Source of the DNA: Carcharhinus longimanus
Lineage: Eukaryota
NCBI GenBank assembly: GCA_030264375.1
Contig: JASCQW010000162.1
Location: 95,028,443 to 95,092,442, forward strand
Reading direction: 5' to 3'
DNA length: 64,000 nt
A program made the position numbers and the translations under genes. Positions 24,711-38,049 of this stretch are shown in pieces. Position 1 is the first letter of the stretch, and each line of letters starts with the position of its first letter. The notes beneath the pieces were generated by a model that worked only from the letters and a program-made list of their open reading frames with translations, was not told the origin of the DNA and did no database searches.

Positions 24711-27069
24711 AAGAACCTTCAAAGATCTTAGGTGAAAAAATACTTCCTGCCTTATTCGTGTGTTTAGAAAATGAAAATTTTCTTTAAAAACACAGTCTCA
24801 CATATACTGGAAAGATTGAGGAAATAGTGTAGGGTAAGTTCCCAGATTACACAAGGTTTTATAGACAGGGCAGAGAAAATAAGTGTAGAGATAGAGGAGA
24901 AGGGTGACAACAGCAAGAAGGGGAAGGAGGCTGGAACACTCCCTGGGAGCTAGACTAAAACCAAGGGTGGCAGGAACACATAAAAGCTGCAACTACATAA
25001 AGGGGCAATCACAACTTGGGAAATATAAAATAACAATCAATTTGAAAAAGTCTTCAGAATGCTGACACAAACATCCTCATACTGGAAGTGTGAAGTAGAA
25101 ATGGCTCCTTTATGGCTGGAGATTTCCTAAAAATGTGATGGAGTGTTTGGGACAAGAAATTGACCACCTCACTGGGGCAAATGAAGTAAACCCAATATGT
25201 TCCCTGACCCATCTTTGCAGTCATTTTGTACATATTGGATGCCTTCATTCATTAGATGATGGGCTTAATTCCATCTTCTAAGACCATAGTTTGCCTGGGG
25301 TGGTCAACGCTATGTTAAACATTCCCTGATGTAGCTAGGGGAACATCATTCTGACTCTGAGGTGTTAATTGCAGAGGCTGACAGTGGGCTGAAAATGTGC
25401 ATGATTTGCTGCCCTCTCTTGGTCCTCTTCTCAGCCAGTTGAGCTTTTCGTTTCTGTTTGGTTCTTCCAATGTCTTTCCAGACAACCACTTTCCGGAGGC
25501 AATGGCCCTCACTATCTCCCGATTGTCAGTGTCATATCTCACTTGCAGATCTCCTTGAAAGTTGCAATCCTGTCTCAATAAAGTTCATGTCCTGGTTGCA
25601 AGTGAGAGCAGCTGTTATTAATTGGAGAAAAGTTAGGGCATTTTTGTTAAGTTTATCTAAGAACCTGTTTCCACAGGGGTTGGGGACATGGAAGGGGCAG
25701 TAAAAGTGAGACTGTGCCTTTTGTCAATAAACCTAAGGAATGATTGGCTGCTGACTCCTCCTTTACTCAATGAATGAGCAGCACATTATAACATAGAGGA
25801 GGTACAGGCACCCAAGAAGTTATGCGATCAATTCACTGCACAGAAAGTCTTTTGGTAAATAGCTGTTACCTATCCAATGGAAGTGTCTGAGCCAGCACAG
25901 AATTTGTTGGCTTAGCAACGAATGTGTGCTGATGGCATTAACATGCTCCACCACCTCTGTGTTAGTGACCTAATCCTACATAAGATGTCGAGGATATACC
26001 TGAGACAGCAAACGTGGAAATTCTCCTGTGTACCATATGTTGTCCAGATCCCACCACAGAAGAGGAGTGCACTGAGGAGACAGGCTTGGTAGACTCAGCT
26101 TGATGCCGTCAGTCAGGTTGCTGTTGGTTAATTTGTTATCCTCAGAGTGACAGAAGAGTCAAAGGTGTGAATTGNNNNNNNNNNNNNNNNNNNNNNNNNN
26201 NNNNNNNNNNNNNNNNNNNNNNNNNNNNNNNNNNNNNNNNNNNNNNNNNNNNNNNNNNNNNNNNNNNNNNNNNNAGTGACAGAAGAGTCAAAGGTGTGAA
26301 TTGGACAATGGTGAGTGGATACTCTACTGAAGTCATTCCCTGCTTCCCAAACTTACTGTCTCAGCAACTTTTAAGTCCCTTTCACATAACAAAGCATCCC
26401 AAGGTGCAAGAAACCTCCATACCTCCCAAATACTCCACAAGGTCTAAAGCTATGGGCCTGCATTTTCAGATGCTGGATCTCCTTTCCTGCCATCTGAATG
26501 GTCTGGTTGCTCCGTAACCATTTCCCACTGAAAAAACAATTGTGATTCATATCAGTTTTCCTGTGAATTTAGCACTTAGAATGCTTTTGGGAGAATTGCA
26601 CCCCCCCGCCCCTCCAATTGTTCCACCATTAATGGCTACACCATTAGCAGCCTAATCACCCTCTGCACCTCCCCTTCTTCCCCCCAACTAGACCTTCCCA
26701 GCTTCCCACCCTGGGACCCCTTAAGCTTACCTTGTGTTCTGATTCCAGGATTTGGCTCAGGCATGTAGATAGACTTTCTCTGCAGTTCACTGCAGCTCTC
26801 TTCGCTGCAGGAACTGGAGAGCTGCCGCTGCTGGCCAATCTGATTGGCTTGCAGCTCTGTAAGGCAGGACTTTCTCACTGCTGAGGGGTGGAAGTCCTGC
26901 CTGCAGCCAATTGATGTTCATTCCAATGTGAAATGGTTGTGGAGCAACCAGACCATCAAGATGGCAGGAAATGAGATTCCACTATCTGAAAAATGTAGGC
27001 CCATTGCTTTAGATCTTGACTGCTAATGGTACAGCTACTAGTGGTAGAACAATTGGGGGGTGGGGGGTG

Positions 27070-27622
27070 GGGGGTCGATTCTCCCAAAAGCGTTCTAAGT
27101 GCTGAATTCATGGGAAAACTGATGTGAACCATGATTGTTTTTTCAGTGGGAAATCACACTCGAATCTCCCACATTCTGTGCACTGCAGAGGCCACAACCA
27201 TGAATATAATTAAAGGTTCGGGAAGCAGACCCCCACCCCAGCCCGCCCCAATCACTGGCTTCCCTCCAGTCCTTGGGCAGTACTGGGGGCATAGACTGCC
27301 TGACCCCCTGAGGTACCCTGATTGCGCCGCACCGCTGCCCTGTGCCCCCCCCCCCCAAGCCAGTGGGGTTGTCCTGCTAGTTCCCTGAAAGTGGGGAGCT
27401 AGTCTGAACCCTGCTGGAGAGAAATTGTATTGATACGGTGGGAAATGCTATTAAGTCCCAGGCCCGATAATCACATTTAAATAACAGTAAAATAAGATTT
27501 AAATCACTTATCTGCTGTTCACGCCAGTTTCCAGTGTGGTCCCAACTGTGCCGGATATCTGACACATGATTCTTGAGGTCTACCATACTCGAGTAACTCG
27601 GTGAGATGAGAGAATCGCCCCC
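27070..27622. mobile_element. Non-autonomous DNA transposon (MITE, probably Harbinger-type)
   Basis: TIRs GGGGTCGATTCTC / GAGAATCGCCCC. Subterminal sequence shared with 39710-40015 and 49843-50418. Confidence 0.75.
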
Positions 27623-27689
27623 TAAAATTGGGGGTCCACAGTAGCCAGAACTGAAGGAGTGCGGATATTTCTTAGAATTGTGGGGCTGA

Positions 27690-28130
27690 GGCAATTGTAG
27701 CAACAGGCTGGAATAGAATCATGAAAATTTTAAAGTTGAGATATTGCTTAACCTGAAGCTAATTTTGGTTAGTGAGCTCCACGGTGAACTTGGAGCAGAT
27801 TTTCCGATGGCATGTGAAGTCAGTGACTTCAATCTTTCCAATGTTTAATTGGAAGAAACTCCTGCCTATCCATCAGTAGATTTGGGATAAGGATTTTGGG
27901 AATTTAAAGACAGTGGTAGTATGCTATAGCTGGGTGCCATTAGTGTAGGTATGCAGTTGTTTTATTTTAGGTGATGCTGCCAAGGAATGGCATGTAGATA
28001 GAGGGCCAAGGATAGATTATTGAAGTCCACCTGATGTCAGGGTGCACAAAGTGAAGCAATTGTAGGTGATTCACTGGTTATGTATGAATGCAACTAGGTG
28101 ACAGTCTGTGCACCCAATGATCTGCGTCCC
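27690..28130 (-). mobile_element. L2-like LINE fragment
   Basis: Decayed RT-region sequence similar to the L2-type pieces at 31790-32265 and 34410-36470. Confidence 0.5.
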
Positions 28131-28667
28131 TTGATAGGTGGCCACTTGCAGTGAGACATAATTTGAATCTGCTTTCATTGTTCTGATCTCGCTGCTGATG
28201 ACTATTGAAGCAGTTCTCCCACCCGCCTCCAGCCAACTCCTCTGAAATCCTGCTCATATTGATGGCAGAATATATTTGCACCTGCCACAGGAGTTGCCAG
28301 GAAGCCCTGGGACTCAGAAGCCCAGTGTAAGGACAACCAGGTTCATGTTACCACACTGTAATTGAGCACCACAGCTCCTTATCCATCAGACATCATTCAA
28401 AGTTAATCGCCGGGATTCCCTGGTCTCCCTGCAGCATGTTTCTTGGCACCAGAAGGTGGCACACCATTGGCCGGTGATGGGACTAGAAGATCTTGCTGCT
28501 GTCAGTTGGATTTCCCATTGAATTCACCCCATGCTGCCAGGAAACCCGCAGCGGGAATGTGTCGTCGGAGAGACCTGTAGATCCCGCCAGTGTGAAGAGC
28601 AAGTAGATCACAGGCAGTGTTTCTGATAAAGTTACGGGCATTCAAAACCTGTGCACATGAAGGCCCA

Positions 28668-28765
28668 CCTTCTTAACCTTGAGATGCGGTGATCCTCAGA
28701 TTAAATCACCACCAGTCACAGCCTGTGGTCATCTGAGACGATAGCAACTTTGACTTTTCTTCCTG
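28668..28765 (+). mobile_element. RTE-tailed SINE 3' fragment
   Basis: TTAAATCACCACCAGTC...GGTCATCTGAGAC...GCAACTTTGACTTT, recognised from memory only. Confidence 0.4.
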
Positions 28766-29746
28766 ATCTGGTAGGTAACCTAACCTTTGTGGCCCAAGCT
28801 CACATCTGGCCTATCTTGACTTAGGTGCTTGAGAAAAGCTTGAAGTAAATAAAAAATTTCTGCGACAGCAGCTTTTTCCCTCATTAACACACCACCTCCA
28901 AACATCTCACATTTCAGAGGTAACTGGATCTTTTGCTAGTAGCCGCTTCTATTGGAATCTACTGTGCATTTTAGAATAGATGTAATTCTGACTGGCTTTA
29001 CAAATTCTGATCCAATGCACTCCACATCTGCACCAAAAAAAGTCTGTATTTTGAGGCAGTAGTTCATTTTACATAATAGAAGCATGGAAATAATTTACAA
29101 TTTACTGTGCCTAGGTCAGAACAAGATTTTATTTCAACAGCAAAGTATCAGTTTTACATTTATTCTCCTATTGGAACTGCTGACAAAAGCAATGTTACCG
29201 AGATTTTATTGACTTTAAACACTTCATCTTTTTGCTTAATTTTGCCAAGTACTGAACTGAAATATAGATCACTTCCAACTGGATCCTAAGTTCTTCTCAG
29301 AAAAAAAATGATGTTTAGCCTTCTATCAATCTTACTTTAATAACATAACTAAAGTTTTTCACAAAATTCACAATTGATTAACTTGAACAAATGGGGTTAA
29401 ATCTTGCAATAAATTGAGGTCAGAAAGGAGGTAATGTGCAGTTAGTTTGATTTTTTTCCTTTTATTTTGTACATGGTAGGTATATGCTATCCATTTGCTC
29501 AGGGTGATTGAATTACAGCCATGTCCATAAGTAAAGCACAAGAATAACTGAGGAAGGGTGCCCACAACTGCACTTAGAGCTTTAGTTGCAGTCTTGTCAG
29601 GCATTGTGGTGCCTGACCAGATTTCACATGACACATGAAACTTTCCATGTTTAGCTGAATAGTGTTCAATTCCATTATAAATGAAGACAAGTCCAGGGGC
29701 AAGCATCCTATCAGTGGGGTAGATCATGTTTTGCCACTGTGAAAAA

Positions 29747-30710
29747 TGTTATTGTAAAGAAATTTATAAAATTAGGGGCTATGTCTTTCATTTAAGGTAT
29801 AATAAAAGGGGTTGTGTGAGCTGTGCTGATATCTGCCTGACAGGAGACCAAGGTGAGTGGGCTGTTAAAGATTAGAGGAAGGTCCAGCTTGTTTTTCTTG
29901 GAAGAAGGTGTAAGGCATTCACACTTCAAGACAATGGTACCAGCATTTGAATTTACGATGGTAAGACTTCTGGTTTCCCAAGTTCCAGGAAGGTAGTGAG
30001 ATGGTCACGTTATAAATTGTCCATTTGATTCCAACATAGAATAGAGTTGGAGACTAATGGATAGCGAATCAACATTTCTAGCTGGATACAAGCCCATGTG
30101 CTTCTTGTTGACATGAAAATGGGGGTTGAAAGGGGAACGGTTTCTTAAGATATCCCTGGAAACTCATAAACAAGTTGGTCTGCCAGGATCCAAGAGAGCG
30201 AGAGCAGCCAGAGGTTGAAAGCCTCTATGGTTCACCACACAGGAATACAGCTGAAAGCACGTACTCAAAACTACCAAATTCATAAGGAGCTAAAACAAGG
30301 CTGGAAGATTGGACTAGAGGAAGAATCACTGGGGTAAAAGCCTCACTATGAAAGACAGTTGTGAGATTAAAAGTTACCAGGCTAAGAAAGCAAAAGAACA
30401 GAAGTAAGAATCGTGAGATAAGTATAACATTGGACTGAGGGTTCAGCAAGACTTGAATATCCACCTAAAGGACAGTATAAAGTATATCTGTGAAGTGTGT
30501 TTTTGGTAGTACTGTAAGAAAAAAATGAAGTGTCCTGTTTTATGGTGTAAAACACAAGTTGACTGCAAAAATAATGTTTAATCAGTAATACTTTTAGACT
30601 GTTTGTTATTATTTATGTCTTAAAACGTGAAATCTTGTGTCATCCTTTCAGCTTTAACTGGAAGTTCAAATTTATTTATTAAATAACCAGTTTCTACATA
30701 GATTGTAATG
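29747..30710 (+). mobile_element. Possible solo LTR
   Basis: About 960 bp starting TGTTA and ending GATTGTAATG (degenerate ...TAACA), with LTR-like composition. No clean TSD seen. Confidence 0.35.
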
Positions 30711-31789
30711 AAAGGGGTGACTTTCCTCAGACTCTTAGAAATGTAATCTTCGAGGAAACGTTGGTTTAGAAAAAAGTTGTGGACTGAATCAAAAAACATA
30801 CAAGTTTCTGCCCCATATTCCACCCTGCATCCATCAGCATAGGCTCTGGGCTTTGGAGTTGCAGCAATCTGTTAAGGAGATAAATAATCTGATTTGGCAC
30901 AACGCTCCTACTCTCCTCTTTAATTTGCCTTACGCAAGGAAAATTATAATTAAATCATTCAGAGTAAAACCCTTGAGTGTCTGGGAGGAAAACGTTTTTA
31001 TGGACACTGCTGGTAAAGACCAACATCCATATTGCGCTACGAAGATATTTATCCACCAGTATTATTAAAAGCAAGGAGGGGGAGGGAATAACATTTCTGC
31101 ATCATTTGTACAGCAAATGGAATTGTGCAGTTCAAAACCTGTTAAAACTAAATAATAAACGTGGCTGGTTGCTATCTACAAAGCAACAGGAGAGCAAAGC
31201 AAATGATATTAAATTGTACAATTTGTTTTTTCTCCCCCCAAAAAACCAAGCACAATAACTTATTTTATGATAATCATTATTTTGGTTGTAGAGGAGGAAA
31301 AAACATTGTAAAGTTATTCATATCAGTTCTATCAAGCATAGCAGAATGTCACTGGGCACTGGTGGGTGATTTTTACTGCATATTACTGTTGACTGAATAA
31401 AGCTGTTGCTTGATCACAACAGCTGTTGAAATAAGAATAGAGAATAGGAAAATAGTACACATTGAATATTGCTAGTAGGAGCATTGAAAATATAATATGG
31501 CAGAAGAGATAAAATAATGTAATATTAAAACTGATCTTTTACATATTTTACCTCAGAGGTCAGATACTGCCTTTTACAATGCATGTCTTGAATACCCATG
31601 AGTGTTTAAGCTGATTAAAATTTAGTGCGAAAAAAATTGCGCTCAACATAGATTAATTCTGCACAGCTTTTCTGACATTTTTACATTTAATTCCATACTC
31701 CTGTTCTGCGTAGTCTAGATAAATTTCTGCTAATGCTTTTTATTCCAGTTTGAATGTTTTTAATAGCAGCATGTTTGATGTGAATAAAC

Positions 31790-32265
31790 AACAACAACTT
31801 GCCTTTATGTAGCACAGCGAACATAATAGAATGAGACAACAATACATGATACTGGAGTACATAAGTAGATGTTAAGACAGATGATGAAAGTCTTGGCCTA
31901 TGGAGCAGACTTTAAGAAATGCTTCAAGCAAGATAGAGAGGTGGAGAAACGAAGGGATGAAGATCCAGAGCACGGGGATTAGGCAACTGAAGGCATGGCC
32001 ATCAATGACAGAGCAGTTATATTCGAGGATCCTCAGGAGGCTGGAATTAGATGAGTGCAAATGTCTTGGAGGATAATGGGGATGGAGGAGATTAGAAATA
32101 GGGACGGGTGAGGCCATAGAGGGATTTGAAAAAACAGATGAAAATTTTAAAATCAAGACATTGCTCAACTGGGAGCCACTAAAGATCAGCGAGTGCAGGG
32201 GTGATAGGTAATTAGGACTCAGTGTGAGTTAAAACCTGGACAGCAAAGTTTTTGTTGATCCTCAT
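31790..32265 (-). mobile_element. L2-like LINE 3' end
   Basis: (CAA)n tail AACAACAACAACTTGC and ORF remnant PPRHLHSSNSSLL...GHAFS. Confidence 0.7.
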
Positions 32266-33414
32266 CCTTCTCATTAGATGCTGGAATGAGAAAGATTAGT
32301 GTAAAAATCATAGAGTTATAGTATACAGAAGGAGGCCAAACATGTGCTGAGCCTTTGAAATAGCTATCAATTAAGCCCAGTCCCCTGAACCTTCCCATAA
32401 GTATTTTCCCTTTGAGTCTTTAATCCAATTCATTAAAGATCATTTTCTTCAAATAATTCTAAATGATATTCCTATTTATACTGATTTCATGGAATAAACA
32501 AAATATTACAATGTGAATTTAATATCTGTCTGCTTGTTGGTCTGTTTACTAAATCACAATATGTGTTCTTAATATGTAATTGTCATTTTAGAAATTATTC
32601 TTTTGAAAAAGTATGGTTGAATACTTCTGTGAATGCTTCAGCAATTTTTGACTGCACTGCAGTTATGACTTGTTATGCAATATATCTAAAAGTAATTATA
32701 CATTTTGTAGGAAAGCTGTTACAACACCTTCAATTAAATACTTGTGGTACAGCTTTATCTGCATCTGAAGTAAATTTTATTTTGGTGATAGTATGTCGTT
32801 TCAGTTGGCAAATTAAAATGCATTTGCCGGGGTTGAAGTCTAGTGGTTTTGGTGTGTCTTTGACCTAGCTGAAAATATGAAATATGTTCCTGAGACCCCA
32901 ATGGCCAGTTCAAACTCTCAAAGAGATCTGATAGCACAGGTGGTACTAATATAGGACAGACCCCTAGGCACTTGTAGTCCAGAGTTGTACAGATTGTAAG
33001 CTGCCTGAGTCCATATGGCAATATGTCCCACTCTGCAAAAGGCATTGGAGTTGTGCCTGCAGGTGGAATGGTCAGTGTAGTATATGCAAAGGACAATCTT
33101 TAACCGTTACCACACCGGCAGAACAAAGAGGAAATGCATTTCTAATCGACTCAGCTATATTTACTTTAATATGTATTTTGTTTTGTGTGATTGGATACCA
33201 GCACCTCTAATTTGCCTTCTGCTCAGCTAGCGAATCTATAATTTATGATGTAAGGATTCATAACTTTGGTTGTCTTTTGAGAATGCAAGGTTGCAAGTGA
33301 AGTCTGATGCTGAAATAATGAGTGAGACTTAATGTTCCTAATGTGGGTCCAACCCCTATTAGTTGGAAAATCAGTGAGAAGCCTTGTCACGTCTGAAGGG
33401 GAATCCTGATAGAA

Positions 33415-33785
33415 TTAACAAAGAACAATACAGCACAGGAACAGGCCCTTCGGCCCTCCAAGCCTGCACTGATCATGTGTTCCTAAGTAGACCATCCGTT
33501 TGTATCCCTCTATTCCCAGTCTGTCCATGTGGCTATCTAGATAAGTCTTAAATGATCCTAGCGTGTCTGCCTCAACCACCTTGCTTGGTAGTGCATTCCA
33601 GGNNNNNNNNNNNNNNNNNNNNNNNNNNNNNNNNNNNNNNNNNNNNNNNNNNNNNNNNNNNNNNNNNNNNNNNNNNNNNNNNNNNNNNNNNNNNNNNNNN
33701 NNTCCTAGCGTGTCTGCCTCAACCACCTTGCTTGGTAGTGCATTCCAGGCCCCCACCACCCTCTGTGTAAAATACATCCTCTGCA
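33415..33785 (-). mobile_element. Young CR1 LINE 3' end
   Basis: FTQRVVGAWNALPSKVVEADTLGSFKTYLD plus 3'UTR hairpin and tail. Confidence 0.9.
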
Positions 33786-34409
33786 ATTAAGTGCCTGTCT
33801 GACTCTTAACAGACCTGCCTCCAGCCTTGCTCTGGATTTAGGACCCTAGGCCAAGAGCTGCAGGCCAGTCAGAGGCTTTAGGGACATCAGGGATCATCAT
33901 TGGATTCCTGAACGAGAAGAAAAAAATTTTGTTCCCTTCACCAATTTCACCCCAACCACATGCTTAGTTTATTGTTCATCCCTCCCTCCCTCCATCCTGC
34001 TACTGTCTTGACAGCGGAACATCAGTTTCAGCTGCCATACTGTCGTTAACAAATTCTCCAAAACTCTCCTCTTAACCATTTCTTCATCCATCTGTAAATG
34101 TCTCTCAGGCAGACACCATTTGGCAACATGTGTTCATGTATAAAAGCATCCCAAGGTGCTCCAGAGGTGCATGGGGAAAATGGGTAAATGTTGCTCAAGG
34201 CTGGATAGTAAGGAGAGCTTGAGGAGAGGAAACTGAAGGGTTTGAGGAGGGAATTCAGGAGTGTGAAACTCAGGCAACTGAAAACAAAGATTTCTGTCAC
34301 GCCTTTTATCTCTTCCGTCATGTTTTGGCATTCATTTCTTTCTTTATTGCTCTGTGATGAAAAACTTTGAGACAGTTTTTTTATATTGAAAATACTACTT
34401 AAATGTAAT

Positions 34410-36470
34410 TTGTCCCTGCCATTGTAATATAACAGCTCTTATCAAAATCACCAATGATATTCAAAGTGTTGAAGGTAATCTATGCATTCTTGTCCTCCTT
34501 GACTTTCTTCAACCTTTCATCCACCATCGTCTTACAGCATCTCTGCATGGTTGTCTCAGCTGGGTGGCACTGCACTTAACTGGTTAAGTGCTTATTTTCC
34601 CTCTCCCACACCATTGTTCTGGCCTTCTCCAAGGATCGATCCTTGGTCACTTCCTATTTCTCATGTTGTTCTTTGGCTATATCATCAAAAATAGTGAGGG
34701 TTCCACACGTACACTGAGGCCAGCTCTGCCTCATCACCACCTCTTAGCAAGTCATCCACTCAGCATCTCTGAACTATCAGACAGCTTATCTGACCCCACT
34801 ACCAAATGATAAGACAATTCCTTCCAACAAAAAATTGGGAAGACCAAAGCCTTTTTAAAGAAACTATTGTTCACTCACAGGATATGAGCAATGCTGGCAA
34901 GGCCAGCATTCATTGCCCAACCCAAGTGCCCTTGAGAAGGGTATGGTGAGCAGCCATCTTTAAAACAATTTATAGGCTTGCTGGGCCATTGTAGACAATA
35001 CTTATGAGTCATCCACATTAATGGGGCCTAAAATTATGAATGGGCCAGAACAGGTAGAAATGTAGAAAATAGGAGCAGGAATAGGCCAACAGCCCTTCGC
35101 ATTTCAGTGTGATCATGGCTGATCCTCTATCACAACACCAGGCTCCAGCAGTCTGCCTATACCCTTTGACATCTTTTAGAGTCTGTAAATTTATTTCCTT
35201 CTTAAGTATATTCAGTGATTTGGCCTCCACACCATTCTATGATAGAGAATTCCACAGGTTGCCACAATCTGAATGAACAAATTTCTCCTCATCTCAGTCG
35301 TAAGTGGCCTACCCTGTATCCTGATACTCTGACCGCATTTTACAGCATTTGCCATATATTTGCTCACTTACTCCACTTGTCTAAATCACTTGAAGCCTCA
35401 TAACATCCTCCTCACCACTTACATTATTGGATACTAAGGAACCAAATTCTTTACAGCAATCCAGTGATGTTGTGGCTACCATAACTGGTGCTTTTTATTC
35501 TATTTTTATTAAATAGTAAATGCTACTAATTGCCTCCTACCCACTGACTCCCAACCCCATCTCTGGCAAGTGTCCGAGACTGAATCAGATTATTTGCTAG
35601 TTGGTGTCTTATTTTGTCCTGTGATAAGCATCCAACTAAGTATTCACAGCATCAGTAAGACTATATCCATTATAACATAACTTCAATCTGCCACTGCTTC
35701 AACTTAATTAATGCTGAAAAACTCAACTGCGCTTTGGTTACCTATAGACGTGACAGTTTCAATACACTCCTGAGCAGCCTCGCACATTCTACCCTCTACA
35801 ACATTGACGTCACCTAAACCTCTGCTGCATGGGCCCTAATTCACACTAAGTCATGTTCACCCATTAAATCTGTGTTTGCTGACCGACATTGACTTCCATC
35901 TGAGTAATATCTCAACTCTAATCCTTGTTTTCAAATCCATCCATTGCTTTTCCTCCAATATCTTGCAGCCCCACAACCATCCAAGATATCTGCACAAGTT
36001 CTGTCCACTTTTCTTCAGATCCCCTGTTTGATTTGCTGCTTAATCAGAGGCTGTGCCTTCAGCTACCAAAGGTGTAAGGTCTGGAATGACCTCACTAAAA
36101 CTTCAGCAAATCTCTTTTGTTCTTTAAGACATTACTTTCAAACCTATCTCTAACCAAGCTTTTGATCACCTATCCAAATATCTCCATGATGTGGAGATGC
36201 TGGCATTGGACTGAGTAAGCACAGTAAGAAGTCTTCTTACTGTGCTTACTCCAGTCCAATGCCGGCATCTCCACATCATGGCTACCATCAACATCGCAAA
36301 CTGCCGGCTCCAAGTGGAGAGGGCTTCCAAGAAAATAGTGCATATTGACACAAATATCAAGTTTCTACAAGTATCTCCATACATGACACAATGTAAGATT
36401 TTGATTGATTGTGCTCCTGTGAAATGCTTTGAGATGTTCTATTACTTTAAATCATTTATATGATTTCTAT
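34410..36470 (+). mobile_element. Fragmented L2-like LINE carrying nested insertions (CR1 on minus strand at about 35050-35430; Penelope-like at 36184-36371)
   Basis: QGSILG RT motif near 34630, downstream L2-type ORF2 remnants and 3' tail. Confidence 0.6.
36184..36371 (+). mobile_element. Penelope-like element fragment: near-perfect 98-bp hairpin (36184-36281) plus ORF start MATINIANCRLQVERASKKIVHIDTNIKFLQ
   Basis: Inverted arms read directly. Flanking direct repeat TATCTCCAT at 36179-36187 and 36372-36380. Same terminal family as 43800-44044. Confidence 0.75.
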
Positions 36471-36769
36471 GATTCCTAAAGGCACTGCATAAACATGTGC
36501 TGTTGTTATTGTTTTTGATGTAACTGTTACTTCGGGTTCAGAGGCTTGCATCTTGTTTTCTGATATGTTGTACTGGTTGGCTCAGTTTTACAGCCCCAAC
36601 ACATACTCAGAAAATTAGCCTTTTATGCTAGCTTTCATTTTAGAAATGCAGTTCAGATGCAAGGTCATCAAGATGTAGGCTTTTTACTGTGTGCTATTAA
36701 GCTTTTGATTTTAAAAATGGACCTGAATTTCATAGGAGCTCTCTCTCCCATTTAGTTGTCAATCTTTGC

Positions 36770-37050
36770 ACTCTCATCTCTGAATCAGAAGGCTGAGAGT
36801 TGAAACCACAGTCTTGAAACTAATTGAAGCAGGCACTTCAGTACAGTACTGAAGGAGTGGTGCACTGTTTGAGATGCCATCCTTCAAATGAAACATGGCC
36901 TTGTCTGACCTCTCAGGTGGAGTCAAATGATATCATGGTTCTATTAAAAGCAGAAAAGTGGAGTTCTCCTACTGTCTTGACCAACGTATATTCCCTCAAT
37001 AATTGCTAAAAAATAATGATCTTCTGAAGTCATAAAAGGTGCTATATAGA
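36770..37050 (+). mobile_element. Deu-domain SINE (SacSINE1/AmnSINE1-like)
   Basis: CAGTACAGTACTGAAGGAGTGGTGCACTG...CCTCTCAGGTGGA...GAGTTCTCC...TATTCCCTCAA matches the Deu-domain layout. Confidence 0.7.
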
Positions 37051-38049
37051 TGGAAATCTTTGGTTGGAATATTCTGTGCCCGGTCGAGTTGGGCAGGGCT
37101 GGTGATCACAGCGGAAAATATTGTGAGATAGCCAGAGCTGTATTTCACACTGATATTAAAGCAGGAAGCAATTCCTGTCCCCCCGCCTCCCCCACCTGCG
37201 TCAGTGGCAAACCATATTTCCTGTCATTCAATATCAGAAACCGCATTCAAATAAATTAGTATGCCATTATCGGGCCCATATGCCAGAATCAGGGCCCTAT
37301 GCCAAATAATGGCTGAGTTATGTCAGAACGGTATGAAATACAACTGGCCTGGTAAGGCATGTGCTTGATGAGCAGTACTCCCAGAGGAGCTCGGAGGTGA
37401 GTGCAGTGCTCAGTGAGGAGGGGATGATATCAGGAACTGCCAGCTTGATGCCGGGGTGCACCTGATGAAGATTATTTCCTGGTGTGTGCGCTGTGCTCTG
37501 GGTGGATCATTGATTCGCTTAGTTGATGGCAGGGTGAGTGGATCAGAAGCAGCCTACCAGTGACATATTGTGGAACCCCCGCCTGCCTGCCTTCAAAATC
37601 TCACACTCATTGTCGTTGGTGGCCTCAATGCTGCTTATAGGAGAAAATCTTCCCTTTGGTTTTTGTTTTCCTTTTCTTTCACTGACAAGAGGCTGTCAGA
37701 ACCCTGAAGAAGAGTTTAAAACGTTTCCGTTGGAACTCCACTGCAGCTATGGAGGGAGATCAGGAATTTCAGAATATAATTAGTCCTTAAGATGTTGGAT
37801 AAGGTGGTTTCTTTGATAAAATTATCAAATAGAGTAGGATTCTCAAAAATTGGCTGTGGAGGAGGCTACAAGTTCTAATGCTTTCTTTGTTGTACTGATA
37901 AATTCATTGGGAGCCTTTAATTAATGCTTGCACATCATAAGACAGAAATATGTGTACAAATGTATTTTTGTTGGTACCTCAGCTGTTATTAAATCATATA
38001 TTAAACTGATATGAAATTGTGAATTAGTTTATAAGGAACAAATTTCTAA

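Noticed and set aside
26146-26303. 29-bp repeat AGTGACAGAAGAGTCAAAGGTGTGAATTG flanking a gap
   Set aside because: Identical overlap across a 100-N gap; artefact, not a CRISPR repeat or TSD.
32940-33000. NIGQTPRHL*SR resembling a GIY-YIG motif
   Set aside because: No upstream GIY/Cys motif or downstream context; likely chance.
33556-33749. Duplicated CR1 segment of about 47 bp around a gap
   Set aside because: Contig overlap artefact. The same applies at 38961-39102 and 46242-46361.
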